A DNA stretch of 64,000 nt from positions 118,227 to 182,226 of the forward strand of contig MU626275.1 in NCBI GenBank assembly GCA_025603075.1. Direction: 5' to 3'. Positions 12,034-24,610 of the stretch are shown in pieces. The DNA is from Neoconidiobolus thromboides FSU 785 (lineage: Eukaryota > Fungi > Entomophthoromycota). The position numbers were made by a program, and so were the translations under genes. Position 1 is the stretch's first letter. Each line of letters starts with the position of its first letter. The notes below the pieces were generated by a model. It was given only the letters and a program-made list of their open reading frames with translations. It was not told the origin of the DNA and searched no databases.

Positions 12034-15000
12034 TTTAGTTTATTTTATACTTTTTGTAAAAATAACTTTAGTAAAAAGAAAGTAATAAATATATTATAAA
12101 TTTAGATATTATTATTCAATTCTAATAATAATATCACTGTTCCGTTTAATCAAATTTGACTTACTGTTGGAATTAAAATACGTATATTAAAGTTAAAAAA
12201 GATGATTGTTATATGTTATAAAAAATATTATACAAAAGGAAGTTACGAGATAAGATTAATTAAAATTAAGTTTCAAGTTATAGATAAGTGATAAAGTATA
12301 ATAATATATGTTTGCTTCACTTAAAAATCAACTATAGATTTAAAATATATAAAAGAGTAAATATAAACAAAAAGTAAAATCTTTTATTTTTTCTAATTTT
12401 TTTAACTATACTTTAAGGGTTTAAGGATATCTAAATCCTTCATCTTATGGGGTAAATTTAAGGGGTTAAAAAAATAGCTATTTTTCTACTCAATAATAAT
12501 TAAGCAAATCTTTCTCATTAATTTTTTTACTAAGTTTCTAAAGCAAGTTTATTTCTATCGTTTAACTTTCTATCTATTTAATTCGTTGTCTTGCTTATCA
12601 ATTAGCATAAGTTTATCTGTTTAAGGTAAAGGTAATTAATAAAATTAGTGATATTTTTAAACATTCATGTCATAGTGTAAGACTTAACCTTTTTTATTAA
12701 CATATTTACCCCAATACACAATGTAAATATTAAAATAAGCCATTGTTTTTAATAGATTATATTAAACATCAAATTAACTAATAATATTGAGTGCTATTTT
12801 TTAAAAGTCCAAAAAGCAAAACTATTAATATATTCTTTATTTAGTTCTATAAAACCTTGGTGCAATATATCAAAGCCATGAAAACTTGAAGTTTATAAAG
12901 AACCTTTAACAAGTCAAAAAAAGCCCAGTTTCTTTCATGATCTCAGTTAACTTCAATTATTTTCAAAATTTCCGATGTTGAACGCCATTTTATTTGACTT
13001 TGAAATTTTTTCATCTCAATCTTAAAAAACTTTAACCCAACTTTCTTCTCAAAATTACAAATAGCCCCTAAATAAAGACCATAGTGAAAATATTTTTTAT
13101 TAATAGCATGACTATCATTCATGATGAAAGTGCAAATTTTATAGCATCAAAATAAAAATACTGAGAAAAGTAATTGAAAGTATTATTTCTAGGACCCCAA
13201 CAATTAGTAGAATTTTACATTGTTGACTTTTCCCACTCTCCCTTTTTTTCACGGATAGAGAAAAAAAGGGAGATTTTGATATATATTTCCTAAAGGGAGG
13301 GCAATATTCAATATGAAAATCGAGTTATTGTTAAAGGGGATTACTATTTTAGAGTAATAGTTATAGTTAATGAAAATAAAACTAGAATTTTATCATTTTA
13401 TCGTTATTAAAATTAATTTTTTATAATCATAAATTAATTTAACGTAATATTTTAGGATAACATAAAAGCAATTTGTATTCCAAAATAATGTTACGTTACT
13501 TAAGTTTATCCTTTATTTTAAAAACAAAAAATTGTTGTAAGTTCAACTATTTGCAATTGAATTACTTATTGTATTTAGTTAATTAAAAGTAAACTGTTAG
13601 TAATGTTTAATTGCAATTAATCGTTTAATAGGTTAATTAATCAGTTAATCAAAGGTTTTTTATTTTTTATTTTTTATTTTTAAAGGTTTTTACTAGTAAC
13701 TAATAATAAATTAAGAATACTTGAATTAATAAATTAGAAAACTTGTAGCTATTTCTTTAAAATAATTTCAATCATGCTTAATTCTATTTTTATTTAATAT
13801 AAAAACTTACTGAAAACAGGTAATGAAAAACTGGCTAATACTTTTTTTTAAATTTGAAACTTTTAATATAAAACAAACAATAGTTTAAATATTCATACAA
13901 TTTATAGTTTTTTTCTCATTTAATAAAACTAAAAGATATAGATACAACTTTAATCGAATTTAAAATTACTTTTATCTTATTGTTACTATAAATCATTCAA
14001 AATCTCAAATCCCCAATCTACAACTTTAACCAAAATTAATTTTCTTTTCTCCCTATCTTATTTGAATCCTCGCCCTCTCTACTTTCATGCTCCCAAAATA
14101 AGAGGGAGTTGATGAAAAACATGGGCTTAAAATAAAGGGTAAACAAGCTTGATAGAACATATTAAATTTACGTCATGTTTAGGGCAATTAATTTTAGTGT
14201 TTCTGAAGCTATCAATCAGGTATTAATGTGGCGAAATTAATTGCCCTAATTGTAGCTTAATTTTAGTGTTATGACCAAGTAAAGGATAACAACAATCAGT
14301 ATTAAGTTTAAAAATTGTCAATTTGGAACTATTATAATGGGGAGGGTGAGGGTTGGGCTAAAGAATAGACTGATACAAATTCATAGTTTTAGTATTAATA
14401 ATAAAGCATTATATTTGCCTCTGATGAAATAAACATGAATCTTATCAGCTTCAAATAAGCTATATATAAATTCAAAAATTAAACTATTATTTTGTTTTTT
14501 AAAATTAATAATAATACATTTTAATAAAGAAAAGCTCAACATTTATTTAGTTTAAATCCTCATGTCAACTATTGTTGTAAAAAGAATTCAATATAATAAC
14601 CCATCAAATTATGCTTAGCCTGAGTAAAAAAGTAGAATTCTAGAATTAGTTGTATTTAGAAAAATATATTTTAAAATAAATAATCTCCAACTAATTTAAT
14701 TACCCCCAGTTTTAGTAACTATGAAAACATATTCAAAGTTGATAGAAATAATCAAAAATAAGACAATGACAATAAAGTGTTATGAGATAAATGAGTTTAA
14801 TTAAACTAAGGTTTTTTTATAGTTTATTTGTTATATATTCATTTACTTATTTTAAAAGAAAACACATTTATTGAATTTAATTACATGCCCATTTACTTGA
14901 TGTTCAGATTAATACTTTAAAATGTTTTAACGGTCAATAGTTTAAAATATTTAATTAATGAGCATCAACTTAGTAACATTATTTAGTGAAATTATTGCTT

Positions 15001-15934
15001 ATAAGTGTATTTTTTATAACTGTAATAATAACAATAACAATAATTTCATTAACTTTAAAAACAATAAACAGTTAAGACAGTAGTTGATACTAAATAGCTT
15101 GAACAAATAATTGGAATTAATAGTCGATTATAATATCAACGGGAGATTATTTAACATATAAACTTAATCTTAGTTATTTGAAATAAAATCCATGGAAATT
15201 TTTCAAATATGCTAACTGTTAAAACTATTTCTAAATTTTATATGACTTGTCGATATGCTTATAGCATTTTATTTAATAACTCTATTAAAAACATAACTTA
15301 ATAATAATTGATAATGATAGTAAATCATATTATAAACTATTAAATGATAAAACATTTATTACCATAGTAATAATAATGATATTTAATATTATCATTATAA
15401 TAATCATTAAACTAATAGTTGTAAATAAAGTTTATTATTTATTAATTATGTTTTAAAGAATTTGATTTATTACAACTCTTTTTATTTCATTGGTTTAAGT
15501 AATAGCTAAAGTACCCTAAATCATGCGATTAAGGCGATTTGATATTATAATTTGTAACTACCCAACATTTAATGAGCTTCCCTTAATTTACCCCAAATTT
15601 AACCCTTAAAGTTAGCATATTTTTTTCAACATTTAAAACATAAGTTGAATGAAAAAAAATGAAAAAATAAAATTATAGATAATACATAAATTAGAAATTT
15701 TAATTAAACTTTTAACTCTTTTTTTTAACGGATAACTTGAATTTGGATTATTTATCCTTTTTATCTTTCTTTAAAGTCTATTTTTTATATTCTAAAAAAT
15801 TTATTTACTTTCTTTCTTGTTTATAATAATAACTCTCTCTCTCCTTTATTTATAAATAACCCTCAATTCATTGATTGATCCTCTAATTTATTGTCATTAA
15901 TATAATAATAATAATAATAATAATACAAAAATAA

Positions 15935-17968
15935 ATGATCAATATGACCCGAGTTTTACCTGATAATTTAGCTACTACAATGGAAGATACAGTCAAAGAA
16001 AGTTGCAATAATAGCAACCTTCTTAATACAACTACTCTTAATACAACTAACAATAATTTAATTAAAGAAGATAATACTAAATTCAATCAACGATATAGTT
16101 TAAATAAAAATAAAAAGAGTATGTTTTTTACAATGAAATCTAATTTGTTTCAATCCATATTAAATTCCACATTATTAACTCCAAATACTCCACATACTCA
16201 TACCATTAATAATTCTTCACCTCCTACCCTTCCTTCATTATCGTCGAATTCCAAACGCTTCAGTAATTACTCTTTAAAAGAAAGTGTAATAAAAAATGAA
16301 CTTAATGGACCTAATGATTTATTATCCTTACCTGCAATACGTATTGATGGTCCGATGGAAATTAAGCTAAGACAATTAATTGATGAAGAGTTATATTTAT
16401 ATTTAAATTTGATTATGGGTCATCCTATTTATTATCCTGGGGATTCAAAATCAAATGATACTATTCCTTGGCCCCAATATGATTTAGTTCATCACTCTGA
16501 AATTCAATATGAAAGTGTAGGTATGAATAACTCAGGAGGTAACGGAAATAGTAATGGAAATAGTAATGGAAATAGTAACTTTAACAGTGTTAATAGTAAT
16601 AACAGTGCTACTTTATTAACTAATAATATCACTACAGAAACAAGTATTAAATCTTTTAGTTTAAATGGAATGATTCATTTATTATCATGTAAAGGAACAA
16701 CTAATAATGAGCTATTAAATGATTTTTTAAATGTATATCATTACTTTATTATAGATGAAGATTTATTACGTATGATTGTTATAAGATATATTAATTCTTT
16801 ATTATATCTTAATGAATCTGAAGAAGAAATAGAGTGGAATTTAATCATTCAATTAAAGTTATTAAACTTAATTAAAAAATGGTGTCAACAATATCAAAAT
16901 AGATTTCACAGTAATTCAAATTTAGTTGCTTTTTTGACTGCTTTTTTGAAGTTTATTCAGTTAAATGATGAAAAGAGGGGCCTATTTATCGAGTCAATAC
17001 TTTCTCTATTGATCGTTTGTAAAGAAAAAGGACATAGTAATAATTTATCAGCAACCTTAAATAACAATAATAATAATAATAATACAATACCAATAACTCA
17101 AGGGCTAAAATTTAAATCTAGTTTAAATTCATTGAAATTAAATAGCATCTTTATCCACTTAAAGTTCTATGATTTAGATCTTAAAGTATTTGCAGAACAA
17201 TTAACTTTAATTGAACATGAATTGTTTTGCAAAATTCAAATTAGTGAATTATATCAACAAATATGGAATAACAAAGAAGTAAGAGATTTGAAGGCACCTA
17301 ACTTATTAAAATTAATTCAAATGTTTAACTTGATGGCCAATTTTGTAACAAAAGAAATTTATTCCTGCCATCATTTCAATGAACAAATGGAAATTATACA
17401 AAAATTTATCAAAGTAGCCAAATATTGCTATCAATTGAAAAATTATAACTCTTCTTTTGAAATAATTACGGGGTTACAAATGGTATTAAATGATAGGGAC
17501 AAAAAACATTGGAATTCATTAAATAAAAAAGATAAGACAAACTTTAAAAAGTTAACTCTGATTTTATCAACAAGAGAGAACTATCGTTACTATAGGGAAT
17601 TATTAAATAAAACAATGCAAAATACAAGTCCATGTTTACCTTTCCTAGGTATTACCTTAACCGATTTAGTGTTTACAGAAAATGGTAATTTTAACTATAT
17701 GTTTCATACACCTCATCTAAACTCCAACAATCCTAAAGTATATTTCATCAATTATAATAAGATGCGATTAATTTCAAAAATTATTAATCAATTATTATTA
17801 TTTCAAAAATATCCATATAATTTATCACAAGATAGTCATTATAAGGCATTTATTATGGCTAATATCTTTTCCAAAAAATTTACCCCAAATTCTCCAACGT
17901 CCAATTTATCGGCTAGTTCAAATGAGGATTCTATTAATTCTAATACTACTAATAATTCTTTATCTTAA
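15935..17968 (+). CDS. Ras guanine-nucleotide exchange factor (REM + CDC25 domain)
   Basis: 677-aa ORF with FAEQLTLIEHELF, FIKVAKYCYQLKNYNSS, ENYRYYRELL and PCLPFLGITLTDLVFTENGN, plus an N-terminal REM-like DFLNVYHYFI. Confidence 0.92.
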   Translation: MINMTRVLPDNLATTMEDTVKESCNNSNLLNTTTLNTTNNNLIKEDNTKFNQRYSLNKNKKSMFFTMKSNLFQSILNSTLLTPNTPHTHTINNSSPPTLPSLSSNSKRFSNYSLKESVIKNELNGPNDLLSLPAIRIDGPMEIKLRQLIDEELYLYLNLIMGHPIYYPGDSKSNDTIPWPQYDLVHHSEIQYESVGMNNSGGNGNSNGNSNGNSNFNSVNSNNSATLLTNNITTETSIKSFSLNGMIHLLSCKGTTNNELLNDFLNVYHYFIIDEDLLRMIVIRYINSLLYLNESEEEIEWNLIIQLKLLNLIKKWCQQYQNRFHSNSNLVAFLTAFLKFIQLNDEKRGLFIESILSLLIVCKEKGHSNNLSATLNNNNNNNNTIPITQGLKFKSSLNSLKLNSIFIHLKFYDLDLKVFAEQLTLIEHELFCKIQISELYQQIWNNKEVRDLKAPNLLKLIQMFNLMANFVTKEIYSCHHFNEQMEIIQKFIKVAKYCYQLKNYNSSFEIITGLQMVLNDRDKKHWNSLNKKDKTNFKKLTLILSTRENYRYYRELLNKTMQNTSPCLPFLGITLTDLVFTENGNFNYMFHTPHLNSNNPKVYFINYNKMRLISKIINQLLLFQKYPYNLSQDSHYKAFIMANIFSKKFTPNSPTSNLSASSNEDSINSNTTNNSLS

Positions 17969-18123
17969 ATCATTTTTTTTATTTCTTCTTCTGTCTCTTT
18001 AAAATTATAAAATCATTTTTATATATATAAATTATAACAAACTTATTTATATTATTAAATAAAATTTATAATGATCCTATTTATTACTTTATATCATCCT
18101 TTATATAATTACTTATCTTCTAC

Positions 18124-19061
18124 TCATAACCTTAGTAAAAATTGAATCATTATTTTACCAAAACAATATTGATCTACATCTACTGTCTTTAATCTGTCTT
18201 CAATTTCATTCACTTGTTCTTTCTTAAAGATCCCTTTCTCAGCTCTTTTTTCGACAATTAAGTGAACAATACTATGAGTAAATTCAGGATGTCCTTGTAT
18301 AGCTAATATTTTATCCTTTAATAAATAGCCTTGAATACCACTTACTGAACTTTTAGCTAAAATTTGGAAGTCTGAGGGTATAGTTACTACATGATCCTAA
18401 ATTAAGATTGATTAGATGCTAAATAAATTTCTTTCATAAATCAATTACTTGATGCATTTGGTGAATAATCTGAATAAAAAGTAGAAAAAAAGATTAATCA
18501 TACAAAACTCTATTAGTAAAAATAGAATACTTACTAACTTATCTTCCTGAGTATTGAAGCATCTTTTACCCTCTTCCGTTAACTCAATTGGAAGTGGACC
18601 TACCTAATAAAAAAGTTCCAATTTAAACCTTATACCATCTATATTTAAAATTAAAATATATTTACCTCCCATCCTAATGAATTCTTTTCAACAGCTTTAT
18701 CATCAAACACTCTCGCTAATAGTTGATGACCAAAACAAATGCCTACCCATCTTTTATTTGGTTCTTCATCTAAACTCTTTTTACAAAACTGAATCAAATC
18801 CAATATCCAAGTTTCATTTAAATAAGCAGAATACGAAGAGCCAGTAATAATATAGCCTTTTAAATCATTATTGATTGATGGTAACTCGCCCAATTTTTGT
18901 ATATAATAAGGAATGAGTTCAAGTTTGGCATTAGGTTTAAGCTGGGTTAATGAAAGTTGAAAATAATTCTGAAAAATTTTGGAATAATCACCATAGAGTG
19001 AGACAACTGATGGAACTGGGTCGTCACAAATTAATAATCCTATTTTGTAACTGGTAGACAT
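18124..19061 (-). CDS. Class I glutamine amidotransferase-like protein (multi-exon)
   Basis: Nucleophile elbow GICFGHQ, IITGSSYSAY, and downstream exons HQMHQ|DHVV and AIQGHPEF, completing the Cys-His-Glu triad. Confidence 0.88.
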
Positions 19062-19679
19062 TTAATTGATGAGTTACTCTTTATATTATTATTATTATTG
19101 AAATGGTAGAATTTTAGAATAAAAGTAAATATTTAAAATTTCGAGATGAGTAAAACAACTTGTGATGTCATTTCAGAAAAGAACCAATTAGATTTTAATT
19201 AATATGAATTGTCATAAAAACTCATTATGTAGTTAAATAGGATCAATGGATAACAAGGATATTAGATGGTAGAGAGGGTTATAAAGAAGGGATTTCAAAT
19301 AACAGTAATAATAAAAAGAATTTATTAGTTGTTAAAAGAAGACAATGAATATTAAAGTTGGACTATTAATTTTCACCCAAGTCATTGAAAGTTGAAATTA
19401 TTATACTTAGTTACTAATAATATTAAAATGAGATGGAAATAAATAACGTGACTACTTAAGTAGAATTTAAAAATTGAAACTTATAGGCCATGTTTTATAA
19501 TGTTGGAATAGGTTATTAAATCAAATTAAATACTAAAAATGAAATAATTTTAAAAACTATACTATTTAAATAAAATATCAAATAAATAGAAAGAACTTTG
19601 ATTATTTTTACTATCAAAAATTAATAAACATAAAAATATATCCCCATAATATTTAAATATGTAACTTCAATTTAAGAAT

Positions 19680-19717
19680 TTTGTTAGTAAAATTCTTAAA
19701 CATAAAAATACATCCCC
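19680..19717 (-). mobile_element. MITE copy 5 (half element)
   Basis: TTGTTAGTAAAATTCTTAAACATAAAAATACATCCCC, one end only. Confidence 0.7.
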
Positions 19718-19786
19718 ATATAGTTTTTTCGAAAAATTTACTAGCAATTTTTACTAAAATTTATTTTCGATGAAAAAATTATTTTT

Positions 19787-19876
19787 GGCTTCCTGAGGGA
19801 TTCGAACCCGCATCTTAGGAGGTTATATCAAATATGATTGGAAGGACCCATGTACTACCAGTTGTACTAAGGAAGC
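19787..19876 (-). tRNA. Intron-containing tRNA or tRNA pseudogene, most like tRNA-Gly(TCC)
   Basis: Acceptor stem GCTTCCT/AGGAAGC, D stem GTAC/GTAC with TGG loop, T arm GCGGG-TTCGAAT-CCCTC (one mismatch), CTTCCAA followed by a ~17-nt insert, and a T6 run ~10 nt downstream. The anticodon arm is imperfect, so the isotype is uncertain. Confidence 0.6.
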
Positions 19877-19976
19877 TATTTTACTAGATATAGTTTAGGA
19901 TTATATTTAAATAAATGTACTTGCAATTTTTTACTAGCAACTAGCTTTGTAGCTTTTTGTAAAAGTAAAAGTAAAT

Positions 19977-20073
19977 GGGGATTGCATTTTGTATTTAAGA
20001 GTTTTACTAGCAATTTTTCCGTTTAAATACCACTTAAGAGGGGGAAAAAGCAATGAAGTAGAAAATCACCTCC
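19977..20073 (+). mobile_element. MITE copy 6 (diverged)
   Basis: TSD AAAT/AAAT. Confidence 0.8.
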
Positions 20074-20509
20074 AAATATTGAAAATTGCATATTTTTATA
20101 TTGTAATAATACTAATATAAAAATTAAGCTAATTTTATACAAATTAATAAAAAAGGACAAATATTAAAAATAAATTGGAGATGTCTAAATTAGTTTCATT
20201 TTTTTATCCAATTTTAACTATTTTGCATTTTAAAAACTTCACTTAAAATTCTGTAGAAATAATTTTTTTATTAAAAAGCATAAATACCCAGACACAGTTC
20301 TAAATTACTATATTATAGTTTATACTGTAAGTTGATTGAGTTTCTACTAGAACTTAAATACATATTCTTATAAAGCCTCATTGAGAAATATTTATTATTG
20401 ACTGCTTTATAACCAACATTGCAGATTTACTATCAAATAAGTAAACTATTTCAATGTTATAATTATATTATTAATATATTACTGAGTTAATAAATAGCTG
20501 CATGCGAGG

Positions 20510-20973
20510 TGTGAAACCTGGTACTCAGTGATTGGAGTCAATAACAGCTATTACCTGGTTGACTACACTGTAAGTCGAAAGGTCTTAGTTTATGTGACTA
20601 AGATAGACTTGAATTATGAAGAACATCATGTAATAGGCTATGGACTATATAAGACAAATAGAATAAACAATGTTGATGTAAAATCTACGTAGAATATTAT
20701 CAAGAAAACTTAGTGGCTTTATTAAATGTTTGGGATATCAGGGAATAATTCAATTAAAAAGCCTCGAGCTATTATGTTTTAGAATCTCTTTTGTACTCTG
20801 ACAAGTATCGATATCAAAAGAAGAGGATAATATTCTTTGGGATGAAGTTAAAAATTCTCATAAAAAATCAAAATAAGGACATGGGATTGATTGTTTCTGA
20901 ACTCGAGAACACAATAACTTAAGTGATTATTATGCTATAATCAATCATAGAGCTGACAAAGCTATATTTCAGA
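20510..20973 (+). mobile_element. Solo LTR, 464 bp, copy 1
   Basis: Starts TGTGAAA and ends TTTCAGA; flanked by a 4-bp direct repeat GAGG (20506-20509 and 20974-20977); colinear with 52477-52940. Confidence 0.75.
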
Positions 20974-21613
20974 GAGGGAGTGGTTAGCCCCAAAACTATA
21001 ATTAATCATCCCTATATGGTACAAGTAATATAATAATAGTTTTTAAATATTATTACAATCACTTGCTCTTTGACTATATATTAACTTACCTATTAATAAC
21101 TTAAGTAATATTAACATTTAACAATTGATTTCTATCATTTAACAAACTACTTAGTAAACATCGAAATTTTTAAATTCTCTGTTATTTTCGTAAGATAAGC
21201 TGGGATTGATCTTTTAATTTTTCTATTTTCTATAGACTCTATAACTCTAATTGGAACTATATTGCTTTTTTTTGATGTATCAGATACTGGATAACAATGT
21301 AGTTTATTGTTACATTTAACAAAATGTAAATACTTTTTAATGCCTCATATTTTTATCATTTTTTTTGTATTTTTGTTTCTTTCATAGTTTTTAAAAATTA
21401 TAACTGTTTTTGTATTATTAACAGTCGAGTTATTAATTTTATTGTTCACAAATGAAAGCCTCAAATCTTGAAATTAATTAATTGATATATTCTATTTTAC
21501 TTAATGCTTTAAAACTACTTTTTCATTGTGAAAGATTTCCAAAATGTCTATCAACTATGCTTTTTCCATGATGATCAGCAAAAAAATTAAGATCAGTATT
21601 TAGACTATTATTT

Positions 21614-21712
21614 GGGGATGATTTTTTTGATTTCATTACTTTTTCCACCTTTTAAGCGCTATTTAAGCGGAAAATTTGTTAGTAAAATTCTTAAATACAA
21701 AAATACATCTTC
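21614..21712 (-). mobile_element. MITE copy 7
   Basis: 99 bp; TSD ATTT/ATTT; internally near-identical to copies 1 and 9. Confidence 0.9.
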
Positions 21713-22020
21713 ATTTATTTATTAATTTTTTTAAATATATAACGTAGAAACTCTTGAGATTTAAAATGATTTCCTGTATCTGTCTATATATTAATTTTTG
21801 TAAACCTTTTAAATAAAAGCTCTATAGAGATTAAATCAATTAAACAATCTCCTGCATATACTGAGTCATGATTTAGTATTTCAGATAAATAATCAAAATA
21901 AAATTCTGTCTATTGTTTTATCATCTCTCAAATATAAAACACCAAAACCTAATACTTATATGGCTTGTTTATTATAATGATCTAAATTTACTGAATCTGG
22001 TCTTGTTCCTATTTCCATAT

Positions 22021-22119
22021 GGGGATGTTTCTTTTGGCTTCATTATTTTTTCTATCTTTCAAGCGCTATTTGAGTGGAAAATTTATTAGCAAAGTTCTCA
22101 AACACAAAAATACATCCCC
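22021..22119 (-). mobile_element. MITE copy 8
   Basis: 99 bp; TSD ATAT/ATAT. Confidence 0.9.
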
Positions 22120-22237
22120 ATATAGTTATCAAATATTATCAAAAATGTTTTTAAAGAAATGTTTAGATAGTTTAATAAGATATTCAAAATGAAATGGTCA
22201 AGTGAAGTTATAAGAATGAAAGTAGGTTAGCTTAAAC

Positions 22238-23939
22238 TTAAGTATACCAAAGTAATGTAAAGTCCAGCTTAAGATCTTTAGGACTAGAAATACCAAGGGA
22301 TGGAAGGATAGGATAATCGCGATGGATAGAGTCTGAAGGTAAATCGACTTTAAAAGTTAATAATAACAATATTAAAAATATTTTTTGTTCCAAAATAGAA
22401 AACTGATTTCCAGTATACATACGTGGTCTGATACTAAATCCAATCATGTCTTTGGTTAATTTTTTGTTAATTTGAATCTCTCCATTTTCATTTAGGACCA
22501 AAAATCGATCCAGATTAAACTCTTTTGGATTCTTGAATTTCTTTTCATCATTCATTGCTAATGCAAAATTCAATAGCAATGGCTGTCCTTTTTTAAATTG
22601 AATTTCATTATTAAAACAATAGTCTTCAGCTACTTTTCTAGTTATTATAGTCGCTACTGGTGTAATTCTCATCCCTTCATTAATAACTGCTTCAAAATAG
22701 ATTATTTTATTTAATTCTTCATGAGTTATTTTTATATCTTCATTAATGTTTTTTGCTTTTACTCCTAAAACGTGAATAATTTCATCTCTTAATCTATTTT
22801 GAATATCCTAAATAATGAAATTAAATATTTAGAAATAACAGATTTAAATTATAATGATACTTGATTTTTCGATAGAAAGTATAAAAGACATGATAAGGTA
22901 TGAGCGGTAGTGTTATGTCCGGCAATAAAAAGTAAAATTACGTCACTCTAAATAATTAAATTGTATTATTTATATAGTAAATTTTCAACTTACAGTGATT
23001 TCTTCATCAGTTAAGCCATTAAATGTACTATGATCATTATCTGAAGACTGAATCAACATAGTTAATAAACTTAATTTAACATTATCGATACCGCATTTCT
23101 TAATTTGCTCTCTTTTTTCATTAATTAAATTTTCAACTAATTGATAAAACGATCAGTATCTTTCTTTAATTGAATTACCGACGGAATAGGTAAGCTATGT
23201 AAGAAAGGAAACAGTAAAAACCATACATTATTTATACCTTCAATAAATTTGATGTAAAGTGACACTATTTCACAATTTTCATCTTCAATTGAATTAGTCA
23301 ACATGAAAAATAGATAAACCCAAACTATCTAAAGTGGAATTCTTCAATACATCAATCAACTTAAAGTTATTCTCATCCTTTTTCATATAGTTTATCATTT
23401 TAAAACCGGCTTTAATAAATATATTAATATCCCGGCCTCTTTTAAACGCTGGGTTAATAACTCTTTTATGTCTTTTCCACTCCTCACCATCCACAACAGC
23501 AATGTTTTGGTCCAAAGATACAATTCGTTTAAATTGTTTAAATTGGTTGAGTTTAATGAAATTATCACTGTCCATCAATATAGTTTTAATTGTATCTAAA
23601 TCAGAAACCATTATAAACCATGTCCCTAACCAAAACTTAATGTGTTTATTTATTTGAAATAAAGGTATGAATAACTCTTTCTCTTTTATATCTAATGTTG
23701 TTTGTTTTACAGTGTGATAAATAAACTTAAATATACTAGCGGATGGCAAACTATCATTTGGATCTTTTTGTTTTTTGATGAAAATATATGGGGATGTATT
23801 TTTGTGTTTAAGAATTTTACTAACAAATTTTCCGCTTAAATAGCGCTTAAAAGGTGGAAAAAGTAATGAAATCAAAAAAATCATCCCCATATGTTGATAC
23901 TATTAGTACTAAAAATATTGTCAAGATATAATGAAGCAT
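22238..23939 (-). pseudogene. Cytochrome P450 pseudogene disrupted by a MITE, frameshifts and loss of the heme Cys
   Basis: I-helix FIAGHNTTA, ExxR (EGMR) and PERF-like NLDRF are present. The heme motif is degenerate (FSIRPRMYTG instead of FxxGxRxCxG). Frameshifts near 23294 and 23143; MITE inserted at codon 17. Confidence 0.85.
23790..23888 (+). mobile_element. MITE copy 9, inserted in the P450 signal-anchor coding sequence
   Basis: 99 bp with perfect GGGGATG/CATCCCC ends; TSD ATAT/ATAT; removing 103 bp restores the P450 frame. Confidence 0.95.
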
Positions 23940-24511
23940 CTTTTTTATTCTTGTCTATATTATTCCCTACCTATTTATACTTTTTTTTCTGCTTAATTCA
24001 TAGCATCAGGCTCCGTCATTTATATTTTATAGTGTTAGTATTTATAAAATATAAGTTGACCCGACCATCAAAACCTCAGTCTTTTTATTGTTCCATTGAA
24101 TTATCTAAATCAATCATAATTTCGCCTTACATATGCTTTAAAAATAATGCACCTAATTTTTAATTAAACTCCATTCAGAGGGTTTCTATTTGATTACTAT
24201 AGTTAAAACGAGGAAATTCCCCAATGATATTTGAACATGCCTTAGGTTACAAATCCAAGAAAAAGGTAAGCCCAAAATCATAACCAAAAGCTTTTCAATT
24301 TGAGTTGGCTTAAATATAGGATTTATAAGATTACTTTGTAAGTAATCTTCCTTTTATAAGTAAAAAAAGAAGGCTATTGGCTGCAATAGCAAACATCTCT
24401 TATATCTAAAAACAATACTATTCATATAAAAAACTTGACTGTAGCAGTTTTACACCCTTGATAACCTGTATTTGCCCAAAGAAGGGGACTACCTTAGAAA
24501 TAACTTCATAT

Positions 24512-24610
24512 GGGAATGTATTTTTATATTTAAGAATTTTACTAACAATCTTTCTACTCAAATAGCGCTTAAAAAATGGAAAAAGTAATGAAGTCAAAAA
24601 AAACATCCCC
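24512..24610 (+). mobile_element. MITE copy 10
   Basis: 99 bp; TSD ATAT/ATAT. Confidence 0.9.

Noticed and set aside
15935-17100. Poly-Asn and GNSN repeats in RasGEF and other genes
   Set aside because: Ordinary AAT microsatellite-derived low complexity, expected in an AT-rich genome.
23786-23892. TA or AT dinucleotide TSD for the MITE
   Set aside because: AT duplication would not restore the P450 frame. TA cannot explain the AAAT, ATTT, ACTT and TCAT duplications at other copies.
23891-24163. Plus-strand hydrophobic 90-aa ORF
   Set aside because: Antisense to the native P450 signal-anchor codons and promoter; AT-rich artefact.
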